DNA of 64,000 nucleotides from Thermoplasmatota archaeon (GTDB taxonomy: Archaea > Thermoplasmatota > Thermoplasmata > Lutacidiplasmatales > JAMCUS01): positions 14,243-78,242 of the forward strand of contig JAMCUS010000032.1 in assembly GCA_023379385.1 (NCBI GenBank), written 5' to 3'. The position numbers and the translations under genes are program-made. Below, in pieces: positions 38,344-48,988 of the stretch. The notes beneath the pieces are model-generated. The model did not search any database. It worked only from the letters and a program-made list of their open reading frames with translations, and was not told the origin of the DNA. Each line of letters begins with the position of its first letter. Within the stretch, counting starts at the first letter, position 1.

Positions 38344-38414
38344 GTCACTATCTGTCCATACATGTCTATCAAATATTTAAAGTTTATCAATACCTGTGCT
38401 TTGTTGAACAATTC

Positions 38415-38654
38415 CTAAGCCAGTAAATTTGCATCACTTTCTGATAACTTAACTTCCCACGTATGTACGTCTGCATTATACTCCTTAAGGAACTTTATTA
38501 TCTTCTCGCTGTCCTCTTTTCTTACTATTATTACGCTATTGATATATCTGATATGTTTTATTCCGTCAAGCAGTCCTGGTACCCTATTATGATATCTACC
38601 ATTAATACGAGCTATTATTGTAACCATATAGCTTTCTATAGAGTTTGCATGCAT
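38415..38654 (-). CDS. Small hypothetical protein or fragment (possible ferredoxin-like fold)
   Basis: GRYHNRVPGLLDGIKHIRYINSVIIVRKEDSEKIIKFLKEYNA; start unclear. Confidence 0.35.
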   Translation of the reverse strand: MHANSIESYMVTIIARINGRYHNRVPGLLDGIKHIRYINSVIIVRKEDSEKIIKFLKEYNADVHTWEVKLSESDANLLA

Positions 38655-38776
38655 TCTTCATCTCTATATTTTGATCTTTTCTTCGCAATCGAAAGAGTAT
38701 CAACACACCATTTACCATGTTATAGGATAAGAAATAGAACGGTATAAATACATAACCGAATAGCTATATGGTATAT

Positions 38777-39724
38777 ATGAACAAAAGATGGGGTAAAGGT
38801 TATAAAGATAAAAGAGACTGAAAAAAGTATAATGAAGAGCTGGTAGTGAGAGGAGATTTTATTCTTGACCTTTCATTTGTTGATAACTGGATGGATGATT
38901 TGAAAAAGATGAATGAGGGAAAGAGAGGATCACCATTCCTCTTTCCTGATTCATTCATGTGATGGCTAATAATATGGCATCAAATGGTTGATTTTCGATC
39001 TCTTGAAGGGATATCACTCGTTCTTTCAGAGGAAGGTATCATTCCATATTCAATAGATTATTCCACTATATGTTACAGGATACACAATATGAAACCAGAA
39101 GTTTCCATGCCTAAGTTCAAGGGACTTGAATTAGCAACAGATGGTACAGGATTGAAGACCTCCAACGGAGGGGGATATAGGATATTCAGGTATGGTGATC
39201 CAGATGCGAAGATGAAGAAACATGTGGTAGTGGTAATAACAGCAGATGTAAAGAATAAGAAATTGATAGGGATAGAAGCGCATATAGAGGGACCAGATAA
39301 ATCCGAGGCGGATGTAGCGGAAGAGCATCTTAAGAGTGCGAAAAGTAAAGGATACAATGTTACTAAATTTTATGGAGATGTAGCATTCGACACCAATCGT
39401 TTGTTTGAAACACTACACGTGATGGGTGTAGATCCTGTAATAAAGATAAGAAAAAACGTAGCACCAGAGAATATTGGAGGAAGTAAGTGGCGTAGGAAGG
39501 AGGCGAGGGAATATAAAAATAAAGGATATAAAGATTGGGCAAAAGAGAAAGGATATGGGATGAGATGGCCTGGGACAGAGGGGATATTTTCAGCGGTGAA
39601 GAGGAAATATGGTGAGAATTGCGTATCAAAGAGTGTGAAGAGTCTGGAAGCAGAGGGGTTTCAACGCTTCCGGGTATATAATGAGATGAAATCATATGGA
39701 GAATCAAAGGTTAAACATATGTAA
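38777..39724 (+). pseudogene. IS5-family DDE transposase with two in-frame TGA stops
   Basis: MNKRWGK...RD*KKYNEELVVRG...SFM*WL, in frame with ORF 38984..39724 (ATDGTG, YGDVAFD, RWPGTEGIFSAVKR); stops at 38819 and 38960. Confidence 0.88.
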
Positions 39725-39850
39725 AGATTGAAAAAAAAAATTTGAAATTTAGTAAAAAAGAGGGAATATACCTTCAGAAAGCTAATATTTGTTCAACAAA
39801 ATCCGTAGAATGGATAATTTTATATAAGTAATTATACATCTAATTTTTAT

Positions 39851-40279
39851 ATGACATTAAAATATTGCCCGACCTGTAGAAGGAATGTGGAACCAGAGGA
39901 AAGCTGGAATATTATACTTTTAGTGATTTTATTGATTTTTTTTATTATTCCAGGCATTATATATATGGTGTATATGTATGATAAAAAAAGATGTCCGATC
40001 TGCCATACTCCTGAATCCATGATGGCTGCGCCAATATTTGACGGTAGTCAAAATTACGGTGGTACCATGGGTTACACGACTCCAGCTCCCTTAACTTCCG
40101 GTCCTTCATATAGTCCACAATACTCACCACAGGTCCAGGTGCTTATCCAGCCTCCTGCTACGTCTCAGTCTGTAACATTATCATCCCATAAAGACGGGGA
40201 AATAAGTTGTCCGTCTTGTCATAAAGAGGTTTCTGCTACCTTTAACATATGCCCTAATTGCCAGTACAAATTGCATTGA
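39851..40279 (+). CDS. LITAF-like zinc-ribbon membrane protein with an extra C-terminal zinc ribbon
   Basis: CPTC-hydrophobic hairpin-CPIC, P/S/Q-rich linker, CPSC...CPNC. Confidence 0.7.
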   Translation: MTLKYCPTCRRNVEPEESWNIILLVILLIFFIIPGIIYMVYMYDKKRCPICHTPESMMAAPIFDGSQNYGGTMGYTTPAPLTSGPSYSPQYSPQVQVLIQPPATSQSVTLSSHKDGEISCPSCHKEVSATFNICPNCQYKLH

Positions 40280-40369
40280 GAAATCAATATAAAACAGACA
40301 TAAAAAAGACTCCAAGACTGATAGAAAAACATATATGTATGATACAGATATATTCGGTAGGATCGTGAG

Positions 40370-40825
40370 GTGATAAATATATCAGATTCAGTTTTGACTA
40401 CGAATGAAAATACAAAAATATGTCCCACATGTAGTGCTGTGATTCCTTATGACGCAAAGGAATGCGGGGAATGTGGCGAAAAATTTAATATACCTGCACA
40501 AGAAAAAGAGATTTCAAAAGAGGTAAACATTATATCAGAGACGGATGCGTCAGATAAAGAAATGGTTGATGCGAATATTGATGATAGAAGAAATGGTATT
40601 ATTGGCGCAGGTATTTTATTAATGCTAATTGGATTCATAAGTGGACCTATTATGATAGCACTGTATTCATTAAATGGTATAAATATACTCAACATTAATT
40701 TTAGATCAGATCCGGTATCATTATGGTTGCTGTTTTCTTTGGGTACTATTGTTGGATTTATAGGAACAGCTATCGTCGTTGTAGGTCTGAACGGTAATAA
40801 ATATATAAAGGAAATTATAAAATAA
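40370..40825 (+). CDS. Zinc-ribbon membrane protein
   Basis: CPTC...CGECG, then two TM helices. Confidence 0.7.
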   Translation: MINISDSVLTTNENTKICPTCSAVIPYDAKECGECGEKFNIPAQEKEISKEVNIISETDASDKEMVDANIDDRRNGIIGAGILLMLIGFISGPIMIALYSLNGINILNINFRSDPVSLWLLFSLGTIVGFIGTAIVVVGLNGNKYIKEIIK

Positions 40826-40850
40826 TTTAAAGATTAATTTTGGTGATTTT

Positions 40851-41459
40851 ATGAACAGTATGTATAAACAGATTGCTATGATATGGCACAAGAAACCTGA
40901 AGAATTTGTTAAAGCTATTAGAATGAGAAAGATAGATTGGAGAAAGGGTAGAACTATAGAACGATTGGAACACCCTACCAGAATTGATAGAGCCAGGCGT
41001 CTTGGCTACAAAGCTAAACAGGGATTTATCGTAGTAAGAGTAAAGGTGAGAAGAGGTGGGCAGCAAAAAAGGCATTTAATTGCTGGGAGACGTCCAAAAA
41101 GAAAAGGTATTAATAAATTAACCGTTAATAAAAGTATTCAGAGAATTGCAGAAGAGAGAGCCGCCAAGAAATATTCTACATTAGAGGTTCTTAATTCATA
41201 CTATGTAGGAGAAGATGGAAAGAGCAAATTTTACGAAATTATAATGGTGGATACACATCACCCTGTCATTTCATCAGATCCAAAATATAGATGGCTTCTT
41301 GACGACGCCAACAAAGGAAGGGTATTCAGAGGCTTAACCTCAGCAGGTAAGAAAGGTAGGGGATTGAGATGGAAAGGTAAAGGTGCTGAGCGGATGAGGC
41401 CATCAAGAAAAGCAAACATAAGAAGAGAAAGGAGGATTCAGTACAAGGTTGTCCCCTGA
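40851..41459 (+). CDS. rpl15e: 50S ribosomal protein L15e
   Basis: [46 protein letters not shown]. Confidence 0.98.
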   Translation: MNSMYKQIAMIWHKKPEEFVKAIRMRKIDWRKGRTIERLEHPTRIDRARRLGYKAKQGFIVVRVKVRRGGQQKRHLIAGRRPKRKGINKLTVNKSIQRIAEERAAKKYSTLEVLNSYYVGEDGKSKFYEIIMVDTHHPVISSDPKYRWLLDDANKGRVFRGLTSAGKKGRGLRWKGKGAERMRPSRKANIRRERRIQYKVVP

Positions 41460-41466
41460 TCTGTTT

Positions 41467-42144
41467 TTAGATAACGAGGAACTTGATATAGGGCAGGTAT
41501 CTGTTTATAAGATTTTTTGCCCATTCCAACTTCTTTCTTTTGATTTCAACATTTTTATTTTTTCCGTAAGGTGTGTTGAAATCAAAGTTATATGCATATA
41601 TCGGCGTTGCAGATAATTCATCAGCCATGAATAAGGCTCTATCACCATCTGTAAAGCCACCAAAATTATAAATTCGTTCAAATGCGTATGACTGAGTTGT
41701 GGCAACAATTCTAAATGGTGAAAAGTTACGCATGTAGCTTTTTATAATGTCACGATTATCGCCGTGTGAGTGTATGACCGGTATTGATCCATTATTAACA
41801 GCCTCCATAATTGAATCTAGGTTTCCATCTAGATCTGTTGTGATGAAGTCCGGGATTATTTCTAATTCAATTAACCTATCCATAACACTATCCGCTGCAA
41901 TTACAACTGGCCCATGGCTCTCTATCCATTTTTTTATATCGTGTGAAAGTGACGGTCCATTTCCTATAACAATTACATTTTTATTTTTTATTCTATTTCT
42001 TAACTCATCACGGGTGTACTGAGCAATACCGCTGTTGATAATTTCTTTATGTAATGCTATGGCTGATAATTCATCATCTGATCGTTTCCAACCGAATGAA
42101 TTCAATATTTCAATGTATACAGGCTCCCATTTTTCGAACTTCAT
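41467..42144 (-). CDS. mptE: 6-hydroxymethyl-7,8-dihydropterin pyrophosphokinase (MptE/DUF115)
   Basis: WEPVY..I, GNGPSL, IAAD, TTDLDG, HSHGDN, NFGGFTDGDRA, K.KKL.WA. Confidence 0.9.
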   Translation of the reverse strand: MKFEKWEPVYIEILNSFGWKRSDDELSAIALHKEIINSGIAQYTRDELRNRIKNKNVIVIGNGPSLSHDIKKWIESHGPVVIAADSVMDRLIELEIIPDFITTDLDGNLDSIMEAVNNGSIPVIHSHGDNRDIIKSYMRNFSPFRIVATTQSYAFERIYNFGGFTDGDRALFMADELSATPIYAYNFDFNTPYGKNKNVEIKRKKLEWAKNLINRYLPYIKFLVI

Positions 42145-42181
42145 TTATGAAATATAAGTCAATGTAAAAATTTAAAGATTA

Positions 42182-43534
42182 CTACCACAGTTTCTTTATC
42201 TGATCTATGTTTTTGAATAAATAGTATAAAGTTCCCGTCATTACAAAATTATTCAATATCAGTATAATCGTAAAAGCAAGTGATATACCAAAAGTAGAAA
42301 TGGCAGTAGTACCGAATCCAAAAAAGTAGGGCCAGCTTATATTTGTATTACTCTGAAATGAGGTATACGGTAAATTTAAAAAAAGATCCCCTAATAAAAA
42401 CAAAAATAGTAATCCTGACGCTAAAAATGACAGAATGTATACCTTTGTAAGCTCCTTTTTGGTGAAAAGAAGATAATCAATAATAATAAAAACAAGCACA
42501 TACATTAAAAGTACTGCCCAATGGAAGATGGCTGTGCTATATAATATATTATCATCTGTAAGCAAAAATATACCTGATATTATTTCAAATATAAATAAAT
42601 ATTTTATTATCTTTTTGTTGTATGAATTTAATGCGTCTATTTTGGCTAATACAAATCCAATTATTATAGAAATAAGTATTATTAAAATACCTATGTAGCC
42701 ATACACCGCTAATGAACCGGTCGGAAAGTAGATATTGGCAGTGGCAGGAGGTGAAGTGGTGGGTAATGGTATGGTGCTTGTCTTATTTGTGATAGTAATA
42801 TATAAAATAGCGTTGGTTGTTGATGGATCATCACCGGTAGCAGAGAGTTGTATTGTATAATTACCTGGAGTTATCGTTTTAGATACTGTTACGGTAAAAG
42901 TTCCACTGTATGGCGGATCGCCTGTGTAAGGCAGTCCTGTGACAGTTAAACCATTAGGCACAGAAACGGTATTTATTGTAGTTCCCCACGTAGAACCAGA
43001 AGAAAGTTTTACAGTATAGTTTATGCTTGTTTCAGAATTTTTTGGTAGAGAAACATGGGATGGATTAAGGGTTACGTTAGAGGTACCCACACCATTTTTT
43101 GATGTTGTACCTGTGATAGTAATATATAAAATAGCATTGGATGTTGATGGATCATCACCGGTAGCAGAGAGTTGTATTGTATAATTACCTGGAGTTATCG
43201 TTTGAGATGCTGTCACGGTAAAAGTTCCACTGTATGGTGGATCGCCTGTATAAGACAGCCCTGTGACAGTTAAACCATTAGGCACAGAAACGGTATTTAT
43301 TGTAGTTCCCCACGTAGAACCAGAAGAAAGTTTTACAGTATATGCTATGCTAGTTCCAGAACCACCTAATAATGTAACATGGGATGGATTAATAGTAATG
43401 CTGGAACTGCCAGTACTATTGCTACCAATGCCAGATGCATTAACCGATACATTAGTCACCATAAAAAGAAATAGTATTGTAGTAATGGCCAACATAAATA
43501 CAACAATCTTTTTTTTGTACATATTTATCAACAT
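42182..43534 (-). CDS. Membrane protein with signal peptide, two duplicated extracellular Ig-like domains and a C-terminal multi-TM region
   Basis: Duplicated YTVKLSSGSTWGTTINTVSVPNGLTVTGL...YTIQLSATGDDPS; about five TM helices at the C-terminus. Confidence 0.8.
   Translation of the reverse strand: MLINMYKKKIVVFMLAITTILFLFMVTNVSVNASGIGSNSTGSSSITINPSHVTLLGGSGTSIAYTVKLSSGSTWGTTINTVSVPNGLTVTGLSYTGDPPYSGTFTVTASQTITPGNYTIQLSATGDDPSTSNAILYITITGTTSKNGVGTSNVTLNPSHVSLPKNSETSINYTVKLSSGSTWGTTINTVSVPNGLTVTGLPYTGDPPYSGTFTVTVSKTITPGNYTIQLSATGDDPSTTNAILYITITNKTSTIPLPTTSPPATANIYFPTGSLAVYGYIGILIILISIIIGFVLAKIDALNSYNKKIIKYLFIFEIISGIFLLTDDNILYSTAIFHWAVLLMYVLVFIIIDYLLFTKKELTKVYILSFLASGLLFLFLLGDLFLNLPYTSFQSNTNISWPYFFGFGTTAISTFGISLAFTIILILNNFVMTGTLYYLFKNIDQIKKLW
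42788..43392. repeat. Direct intragenic duplication, ~280-nt units offset by 324 nt
   Basis: 42788-43068 vs 43112-43392 are near-identical (e.g. gatggatcatcaccggtagcagagagttgtattgtataattacctggagttatcg in both). Confidence 0.92.
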
Positions 43535-43775
43535 TATAATATGTGCAACGCTATATAAAATATTCAGATTAATTTAATTTTTAAAATTAAATTTGTTTAT
43601 TAATCTCATTTTACTAGAATTTTGCATGTATAGTTTTTTGATCTGCTGTGTAAATAAATGTATGATTTATTATGCAGATAAAAATATAACATATTAAATA
43701 AATTAATAATTAAAGGAAAAGTTTAATAATATTTCTGTTTTACCAATTTAAGATATTGAATAGTAGTGGTTTAAT

Positions 43776-44972
43776 ATGAAAGATTTTATAAAAGTGGAGT
43801 CTCACAACGTAACTCCTATGGAAAAGCAGAGTGTGGAGATTGTAGAAAGGAAAGGGATTGGTCATCCGGATAGCTTGGCTGATGGAATATCTGAGAGTGT
43901 AAGCAGGGCACTCAGTAATATGTACATAGAACGTTACGGAAGAATTTTGCATCATAACACGGATGAGACACAGATTGTAGGTGGGCAATCTGAACCAAAA
44001 TTTGGTGGTGGAGAAATTTTGGACCCTATATACATATTGCTAGTAGGACGTGCTACAACAACTGTTAATGGAGAAAGATTGCCATACAGACATGTAGCTC
44101 TCAGGGCTGCAGAAGAGTATTTAAAAAATACATGCAAGCATCTTGATATAAATGATGTAATACTTGATTGTAAAATTGGCCAGGGTTCCGTGGACCTCAG
44201 AGGTCTATACGAAACAAAAAAACACCTTGCCAATGATACCTCGTTTGGTGTCGGATTTGCACCCTTATCTGAAACTGAGACTATTGTCTATAATGCTGAA
44301 CGATTTATAAACAATGAGGCTGTAAAGAAAATACCTGCAATTGGTGAAGATGTTAAGGTGATGGGTTATAGAATAAATGATAAAATACACCTGACAGCAG
44401 CTATTGCCTTTGTTGATTCATTGGTTCCAGACAAGGAACATTATATATCTATAAAGGAGGAAATTCAGTCACTTCTAGAATCATATTTAAGTAGATATAC
44501 AAAAAGAGAGTTAAAAATATATATAAATACGGCAGATAGATATGATGAAAATCTCTACTATCTTACAGTTACAGGCTTATCAATGGAAAATGGAGATGAT
44601 GGATCCGTTGGAAGAGGTAACAGAGCTAATGGTATTATAACACCAGGTAGACCAATGAGTTTGGAAGCGGCTGCCGGTAAGAATTCAGTAACCCATGTTG
44701 GAAAGATGTATAACATAATTTCTCAGGAGATTGCTAGTGAGTGTGTAAAAGCAGGAAATGGAGATATTCAAGAGGCATATGTGAGTATATTATCACAGAT
44801 AGGTAAAGATATTACGGATCCTCAAGTGGTATCCGTTAAATTATTGATGGCAGATGGTAATGTAAAGGAATCAAAATACAAAGCAGAATGTGAGGGCATT
44901 GTTGAAAATAAACTTGCAGAGTTGCCAGAACTTTACAAAAAGGTACTTTCCGGCAAGGTATCTATATTCTGA
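43776..44972 (+). CDS. mat: S-adenosylmethionine synthetase, archaeal type
   Basis: [48 protein letters not shown]. Confidence 0.97.
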   Translation: MKDFIKVESHNVTPMEKQSVEIVERKGIGHPDSLADGISESVSRALSNMYIERYGRILHHNTDETQIVGGQSEPKFGGGEILDPIYILLVGRATTTVNGERLPYRHVALRAAEEYLKNTCKHLDINDVILDCKIGQGSVDLRGLYETKKHLANDTSFGVGFAPLSETETIVYNAERFINNEAVKKIPAIGEDVKVMGYRINDKIHLTAAIAFVDSLVPDKEHYISIKEEIQSLLESYLSRYTKRELKIYINTADRYDENLYYLTVTGLSMENGDDGSVGRGNRANGIITPGRPMSLEAAAGKNSVTHVGKMYNIISQEIASECVKAGNGDIQEAYVSILSQIGKDITDPQVVSVKLLMADGNVKESKYKAECEGIVENKLAELPELYKKVLSGKVSIF

Positions 44973-45058
44973 ATACAACCCTTTCAACAATTTTGTAAAA
45001 TTATTTATAAACGTGAATATAATCATAAAATGCAAAAATTATAATAATAACAAACATA

Positions 45059-46267
45059 TTGAATATAGATAATATGAAAAAAAAATCTAAAAGAATGGAC
45101 AAGGTATCTCAAATAACAGAAACAGATGAATGGCAAAATGCAGATATAGAGTATGCCGATGTCATTTCAAGGGATATGTTTCCATTTTTTGGTGGCAAGT
45201 TAACAGATAATGAAAAAGTTGGTAGATATCTCGATATTATTAAGATGTGTCCGATCTATTACCCTGCACAACTTACATTGGGAAACACCTATTTAAGTAT
45301 AGGAAAAGATAAAAAGGGTATTGAACAACTTGATGCAGGTTTTCAAGTAGTCAAAGACTTTTTTGAAGAAGAGGATATGGATAATGTAATAAATAATGTT
45401 GGAGATTATTTAGAGAAAAATTTGAAATTTGATCTCGCAATAAGATACTATCAAAAAGCACTGGAGATGATATCAAAAAAGGGGTGGATCTATGATTCTA
45501 TGGCATATTGCTATACCATGTTAGGAAATTTTAAAGAGGCATTGAAAATACAGCAAAAAGCTCTTGATTATGATCCTGGTAATTCTAAATATTATTCAAA
45601 TGCGGGCTGGATTAATATGTGCATTGGTAACATGGAGGATGCAAAAATCCTTTTAAAAAAATCTTTGAAACTGAATCCAGATGACGATGTAACAAAAGGG
45701 AATTACGATGCCTTGAAGTGTATTGTAAATAAGAAACTTAAAAATTGGGATGCCTATTTACTAAGAAAGATGGATAAATACGAATATAAGGATATGGAGG
45801 ATGAGGATTTTATAAAAGAGATTGCGGAATACAACGTATGCAGATTAGATGCTTTTAAAGTGGAGATTGTACGTGGAATGCCTGAATATACAATCAAAAA
45901 GAAAGTGGATCTATTACTATCCATTCAATATTTCTTTAAAAATGCTTTTCGTGATGAATTTGGGGGTTTTGATGATGACTTCTTTTTATATGATGATATT
46001 AATGAATTGAATTTTAGTTTTGAAAGAAGGATGAAACATGTTATTGATACCACTAAAGATATAGACGAAACGATTTTTAATGATATATATACAGGTTTGA
46101 CAGAATTTTATAAATTCATGACTAAAAAACGCCTTACTACAAAAGATAACTTTGAAAAACTAAAAAAAACAATGGAATTAGAAAAAGATGACCTGTATGA
46201 TAAAATGATGACAAAGTACAAAAAAAGAAAGAAGGATACAGATGAGCCAAATATATTCCCTTTTTGA
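45059..46267 (+). CDS. Tetratricopeptide-repeat protein (ATG start likely 45074)
   Basis: TPR units AIRYYQKALEM, EALKIQQKALDYDPGN, KKSLKLNPDD; acidic helical C-terminus. Confidence 0.82.
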   Translation: MNIDNMKKKSKRMDKVSQITETDEWQNADIEYADVISRDMFPFFGGKLTDNEKVGRYLDIIKMCPIYYPAQLTLGNTYLSIGKDKKGIEQLDAGFQVVKDFFEEEDMDNVINNVGDYLEKNLKFDLAIRYYQKALEMISKKGWIYDSMAYCYTMLGNFKEALKIQQKALDYDPGNSKYYSNAGWINMCIGNMEDAKILLKKSLKLNPDDDVTKGNYDALKCIVNKKLKNWDAYLLRKMDKYEYKDMEDEDFIKEIAEYNVCRLDAFKVEIVRGMPEYTIKKKVDLLLSIQYFFKNAFRDEFGGFDDDFFLYDDINELNFSFERRMKHVIDTTKDIDETIFNDIYTGLTEFYKFMTKKRLTTKDNFEKLKKTMELEKDDLYDKMMTKYKKRKKDTDEPNIFPF

Positions 46268-46604
46268 TTGAATCACCGGTGATTTCGCCATACAGTACGG
46301 GATCGCTAACAACCTGTTTTTAATAATTTTGTATAAGTAAGTTCTTATGTAAATGCTTATGTTATTTATTCACAACGCCTAAGCATCTACACTTTACATA
46401 CTGTAAACTTCAGATAAACAAATGTCATTATTCAGTTCATATTTCTTTTTATTATATATTTTTTTAGGTTATATTTCCCAAAGGCATTCTTTGTCTATAG
46501 TACTTAATGAATGTAAAGGTTGTGTAATGTGGGCTATGTGTTGATAACAATAATAAAAAAGTATTATATTGTTAAATGCGTTAGGGTATTGTAGGTATAA
46601 AATT

Positions 46605-48044
46605 ATGTATGAAGCGATACCTGTAGAAACAACTTCTGAGCTATCTCTTAATTTTAATGAAACCAATAAGGGATATACAAAAGAAGAATCAATGATTGAG
46701 GCATCCAGATGTTTGACTTGTGTAAATCCAACATGTGTAAGAAGATGCCCTGCACACCTTCACGTTCCAGGTTATATGAAACAGATAGCTAAAGGAAATT
46801 TTCAGGAAGCCCTAAAGGTTGTATATAATTTTTTTCCAATTGCCGGTACATGTGGTAGAATCTGTTTTCACCCATGCATGGAGGATTGTTTGCAGAATAG
46901 AACGCCTGATGGATACGCTTTGCGTATACCCATGATAAGAAGAGCTGCAGCTGATTTTGGAGATATTAATAAATTAATAATTAGGCCTGGATTTCCAACA
47001 GGAAAGAAGGTGGCGATTATAGGTGCCGGTCCTGCTGGATTAACGTGTGCATATCATCTGAGAAGGCTCGGGCATGATGTAACCATCTTTGATAAAGAGA
47101 AGGCACCAGGCGGTCAGCTGTACTATACGATACCTAAATTTAGGTTACCAAAAGATGTACTGATCAATGAATGTTCAATACTTACAAAGCTCGGTGTTAT
47201 TTTTAAATTTGGAGTGAATATAGGTAAGGACGTAGGTGTAGAACAGATTACAAATGACTTTGATGCCGTATTTATAGCTATAGGTGCCATGAAACCTATT
47301 ACGCTGAACATACCTGGAGAGGAATGTAATGGAGTCATGCACTCTCTTGATTTTCTTAAAGAGGTTAATGAAATGCGTATAAAATCGTTGCATGGTTCCG
47401 TATCTGTTATTGGTGGTGGTAATGTAGCCATAGATGTATTAAGAACAGTCATAAGATTATCCCCTGACGAGCTTCATATAATATACAGAAGAAGCCCACG
47501 TGAAATGCCTGCTAGCAAGGGTGAAATACGAGAATTCATTGAGGAGGTTGTCCAGCATCATGTAGATATAAAAGACGTGGATGATGCTAAAGAAAAATTT
47601 ATGTTGTTTGAGGTTCTTGAGAACGAAAAAAGCAGGACGCCAACAAAGGTAGTTGCGCATTTCTATACCCAGCCAGTAAAGTTTTCAGAGTCAGCAGGTA
47701 AATTAACTTCCATAATATCATCTCCGGTAAGACTGGTAAATGACCCCTCCAATCCACGGGGTAAGCTCATTGTTGATAAAGATACCACTTTTGAATTAAA
47801 AACAGATATGGTTATCATTGCTGCTGGTGAGAGACCAGACGTTGCATCACTCAATCTAAAAGAGTTGAAAACTACCAGATGGAATACGATTGTTGTGGAT
47901 AACGAATTGAAAACTAGTATATCTAAAGTTTTTGCCGGTGGAGATGTTACAAATGGCCCTGCCAGTATGATAGAAGCCATAAGAGACGGAAAAAACGGTG
48001 CCTATGCATTAGATAAGTTTTTGATGGAACATGTACATAATTAA
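46605..48044 (+). CDS. GltD/SudA/NfnB-like NAD(P)-dependent Fe-S flavoprotein
   Basis: EASRCLTC..PTC..RCP, CGRICFHPC..C, IIGAGPAG, VIGGGNVAID, FAGGD. Confidence 0.88.
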   Translation: MYEAIPVETTSELSLNFNETNKGYTKEESMIEASRCLTCVNPTCVRRCPAHLHVPGYMKQIAKGNFQEALKVVYNFFPIAGTCGRICFHPCMEDCLQNRTPDGYALRIPMIRRAAADFGDINKLIIRPGFPTGKKVAIIGAGPAGLTCAYHLRRLGHDVTIFDKEKAPGGQLYYTIPKFRLPKDVLINECSILTKLGVIFKFGVNIGKDVGVEQITNDFDAVFIAIGAMKPITLNIPGEECNGVMHSLDFLKEVNEMRIKSLHGSVSVIGGGNVAIDVLRTVIRLSPDELHIIYRRSPREMPASKGEIREFIEEVVQHHVDIKDVDDAKEKFMLFEVLENEKSRTPTKVVAHFYTQPVKFSESAGKLTSIISSPVRLVNDPSNPRGKLIVDKDTTFELKTDMVIIAAGERPDVASLNLKELKTTRWNTIVVDNELKTSISKVFAGGDVTNGPASMIEAIRDGKNGAYALDKFLMEHVHN

Positions 48045-48252
48045 CGGTTCATTAGGATTTGAAAGCAAAAAAAAAGCTCTGGTGGCATTTCATTCTACAG
48101 TAATAGACAATAAACAGTATATAAATGCGTATGTTAATGATACAGATATACTGTTCACAGTTAAAGGAACAGATTTATTAAGTATAATGAGAACCGTTGA
48201 TGATTATCTAGCAGCACTGGAACTCTCCATAAAGATCATGGAGGTTGGATAA
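48031..48252 (+). CDS. pcc1: KEOPS complex subunit Pcc1 (probable)
   Basis: 73 aa; FTVKGTDLLSIMRTVDDYL resembles Pcc1 hxAxDxxxLRxxxNxYL. Confidence 0.6.
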   Translation: MYIINGSLGFESKKKALVAFHSTVIDNKQYINAYVNDTDILFTVKGTDLLSIMRTVDDYLAALELSIKIMEVG

Positions 48253-48347
48253 CACATCGTAAATATTGTTACCATTATCCATAACGTGGCCATTTACAGT
48301 AGCAATCTGGTATTAATTTTAAGTAAATATTTTTATATAAAAAGATC

Positions 48348-48983
48348 ATGTATATTGTTATGACTGTTTCACATTACTTTAACATAAGTGTTATAGGAAG
48401 CTACGCAATTCTTTTTATTATTATCGCTATTGTTATGATGTTCTTCGGTAAAGATATTATAAAAATCGTCGCGGCCCTTGCTGGTCTTGTTATGGGGTCC
48501 GTAATTGGTATTGTTATAGGTATGCTGTTATTTCCACACAACATACTCTATATCATTCTTATAGCTATTGCATTGGGGTTAATAGGCATTATTATTGGAT
48601 TATGGATTCTACGATCTACTATTGCCTGGATGGGCTTTTTAACCTTTGCTGGAATTGTATACTATTTAATTGGAAAGCCATCGTTACAGACTTTACTGAA
48701 TAATAAAAATTTATACCCATTATTCTACATCATTATTGCAGGAATAATAGGATATATTTTGTTTTATATTCTTTACGATAGTATTCTCATATTATTGACA
48801 GTTATTATTGGTGCAGTCCTTTTTTTCATATCTTTAAGTTTTATAAGTACAGACTATATTCTGACAATTCTGCTTTCAGCTATACTTGGAATTCTTGGAT
48901 TTATTTTCCAGACCGAAAAAGATGAAAAAGGAAAAAAGACCAGGATTAAAAAGATTTATTATAATAACAATACCCATTCATAA
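48348..48983 (+). CDS. Multi-pass membrane protein (DUF4203-like)
   Basis: FFGKDIIK..G...G pattern and 6-7 Gly-rich TM helices ending in G.IFQ. Confidence 0.65.
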   Translation: MYIVMTVSHYFNISVIGSYAILFIIIAIVMMFFGKDIIKIVAALAGLVMGSVIGIVIGMLLFPHNILYIILIAIALGLIGIIIGLWILRSTIAWMGFLTFAGIVYYLIGKPSLQTLLNNKNLYPLFYIIIAGIIGYILFYILYDSILILLTVIIGAVLFFISLSFISTDYILTILLSAILGILGFIFQTEKDEKGKKTRIKKIYYNNNTHS

Positions 48984-48988
48984 ACAGT

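Larger units (their letters stand above)
36657..38394 (-). mobile_element. IS607-family insertion sequence (tnpA + tnpB)
   Basis: Overlapping tnpA/tnpB; GG dinucleotides at the inferred ends (minus strand ...ctattacGG at 36657, caGG at 38394); repeated GACA motifs just upstream of tnpA. Confidence 0.8.
38398..39802 (+). mobile_element. IS5-family (IS903-like ends) element, defective, enclosing an extra small ORF
   Basis: Inverted repeats tttgttgaacaa (38400-38411) and ttgttcaacaaa (39789-39800) around a DDE transposase. Confidence 0.65.

Noticed and set aside
38777-38990. In-frame TGA codons as selenocysteine or an alternative genetic code
   Set aside because: They are confined to a transposase, and TGA ends many normal genes here (e.g. 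guaAA, E2, E1); simple pseudogenisation explains them.
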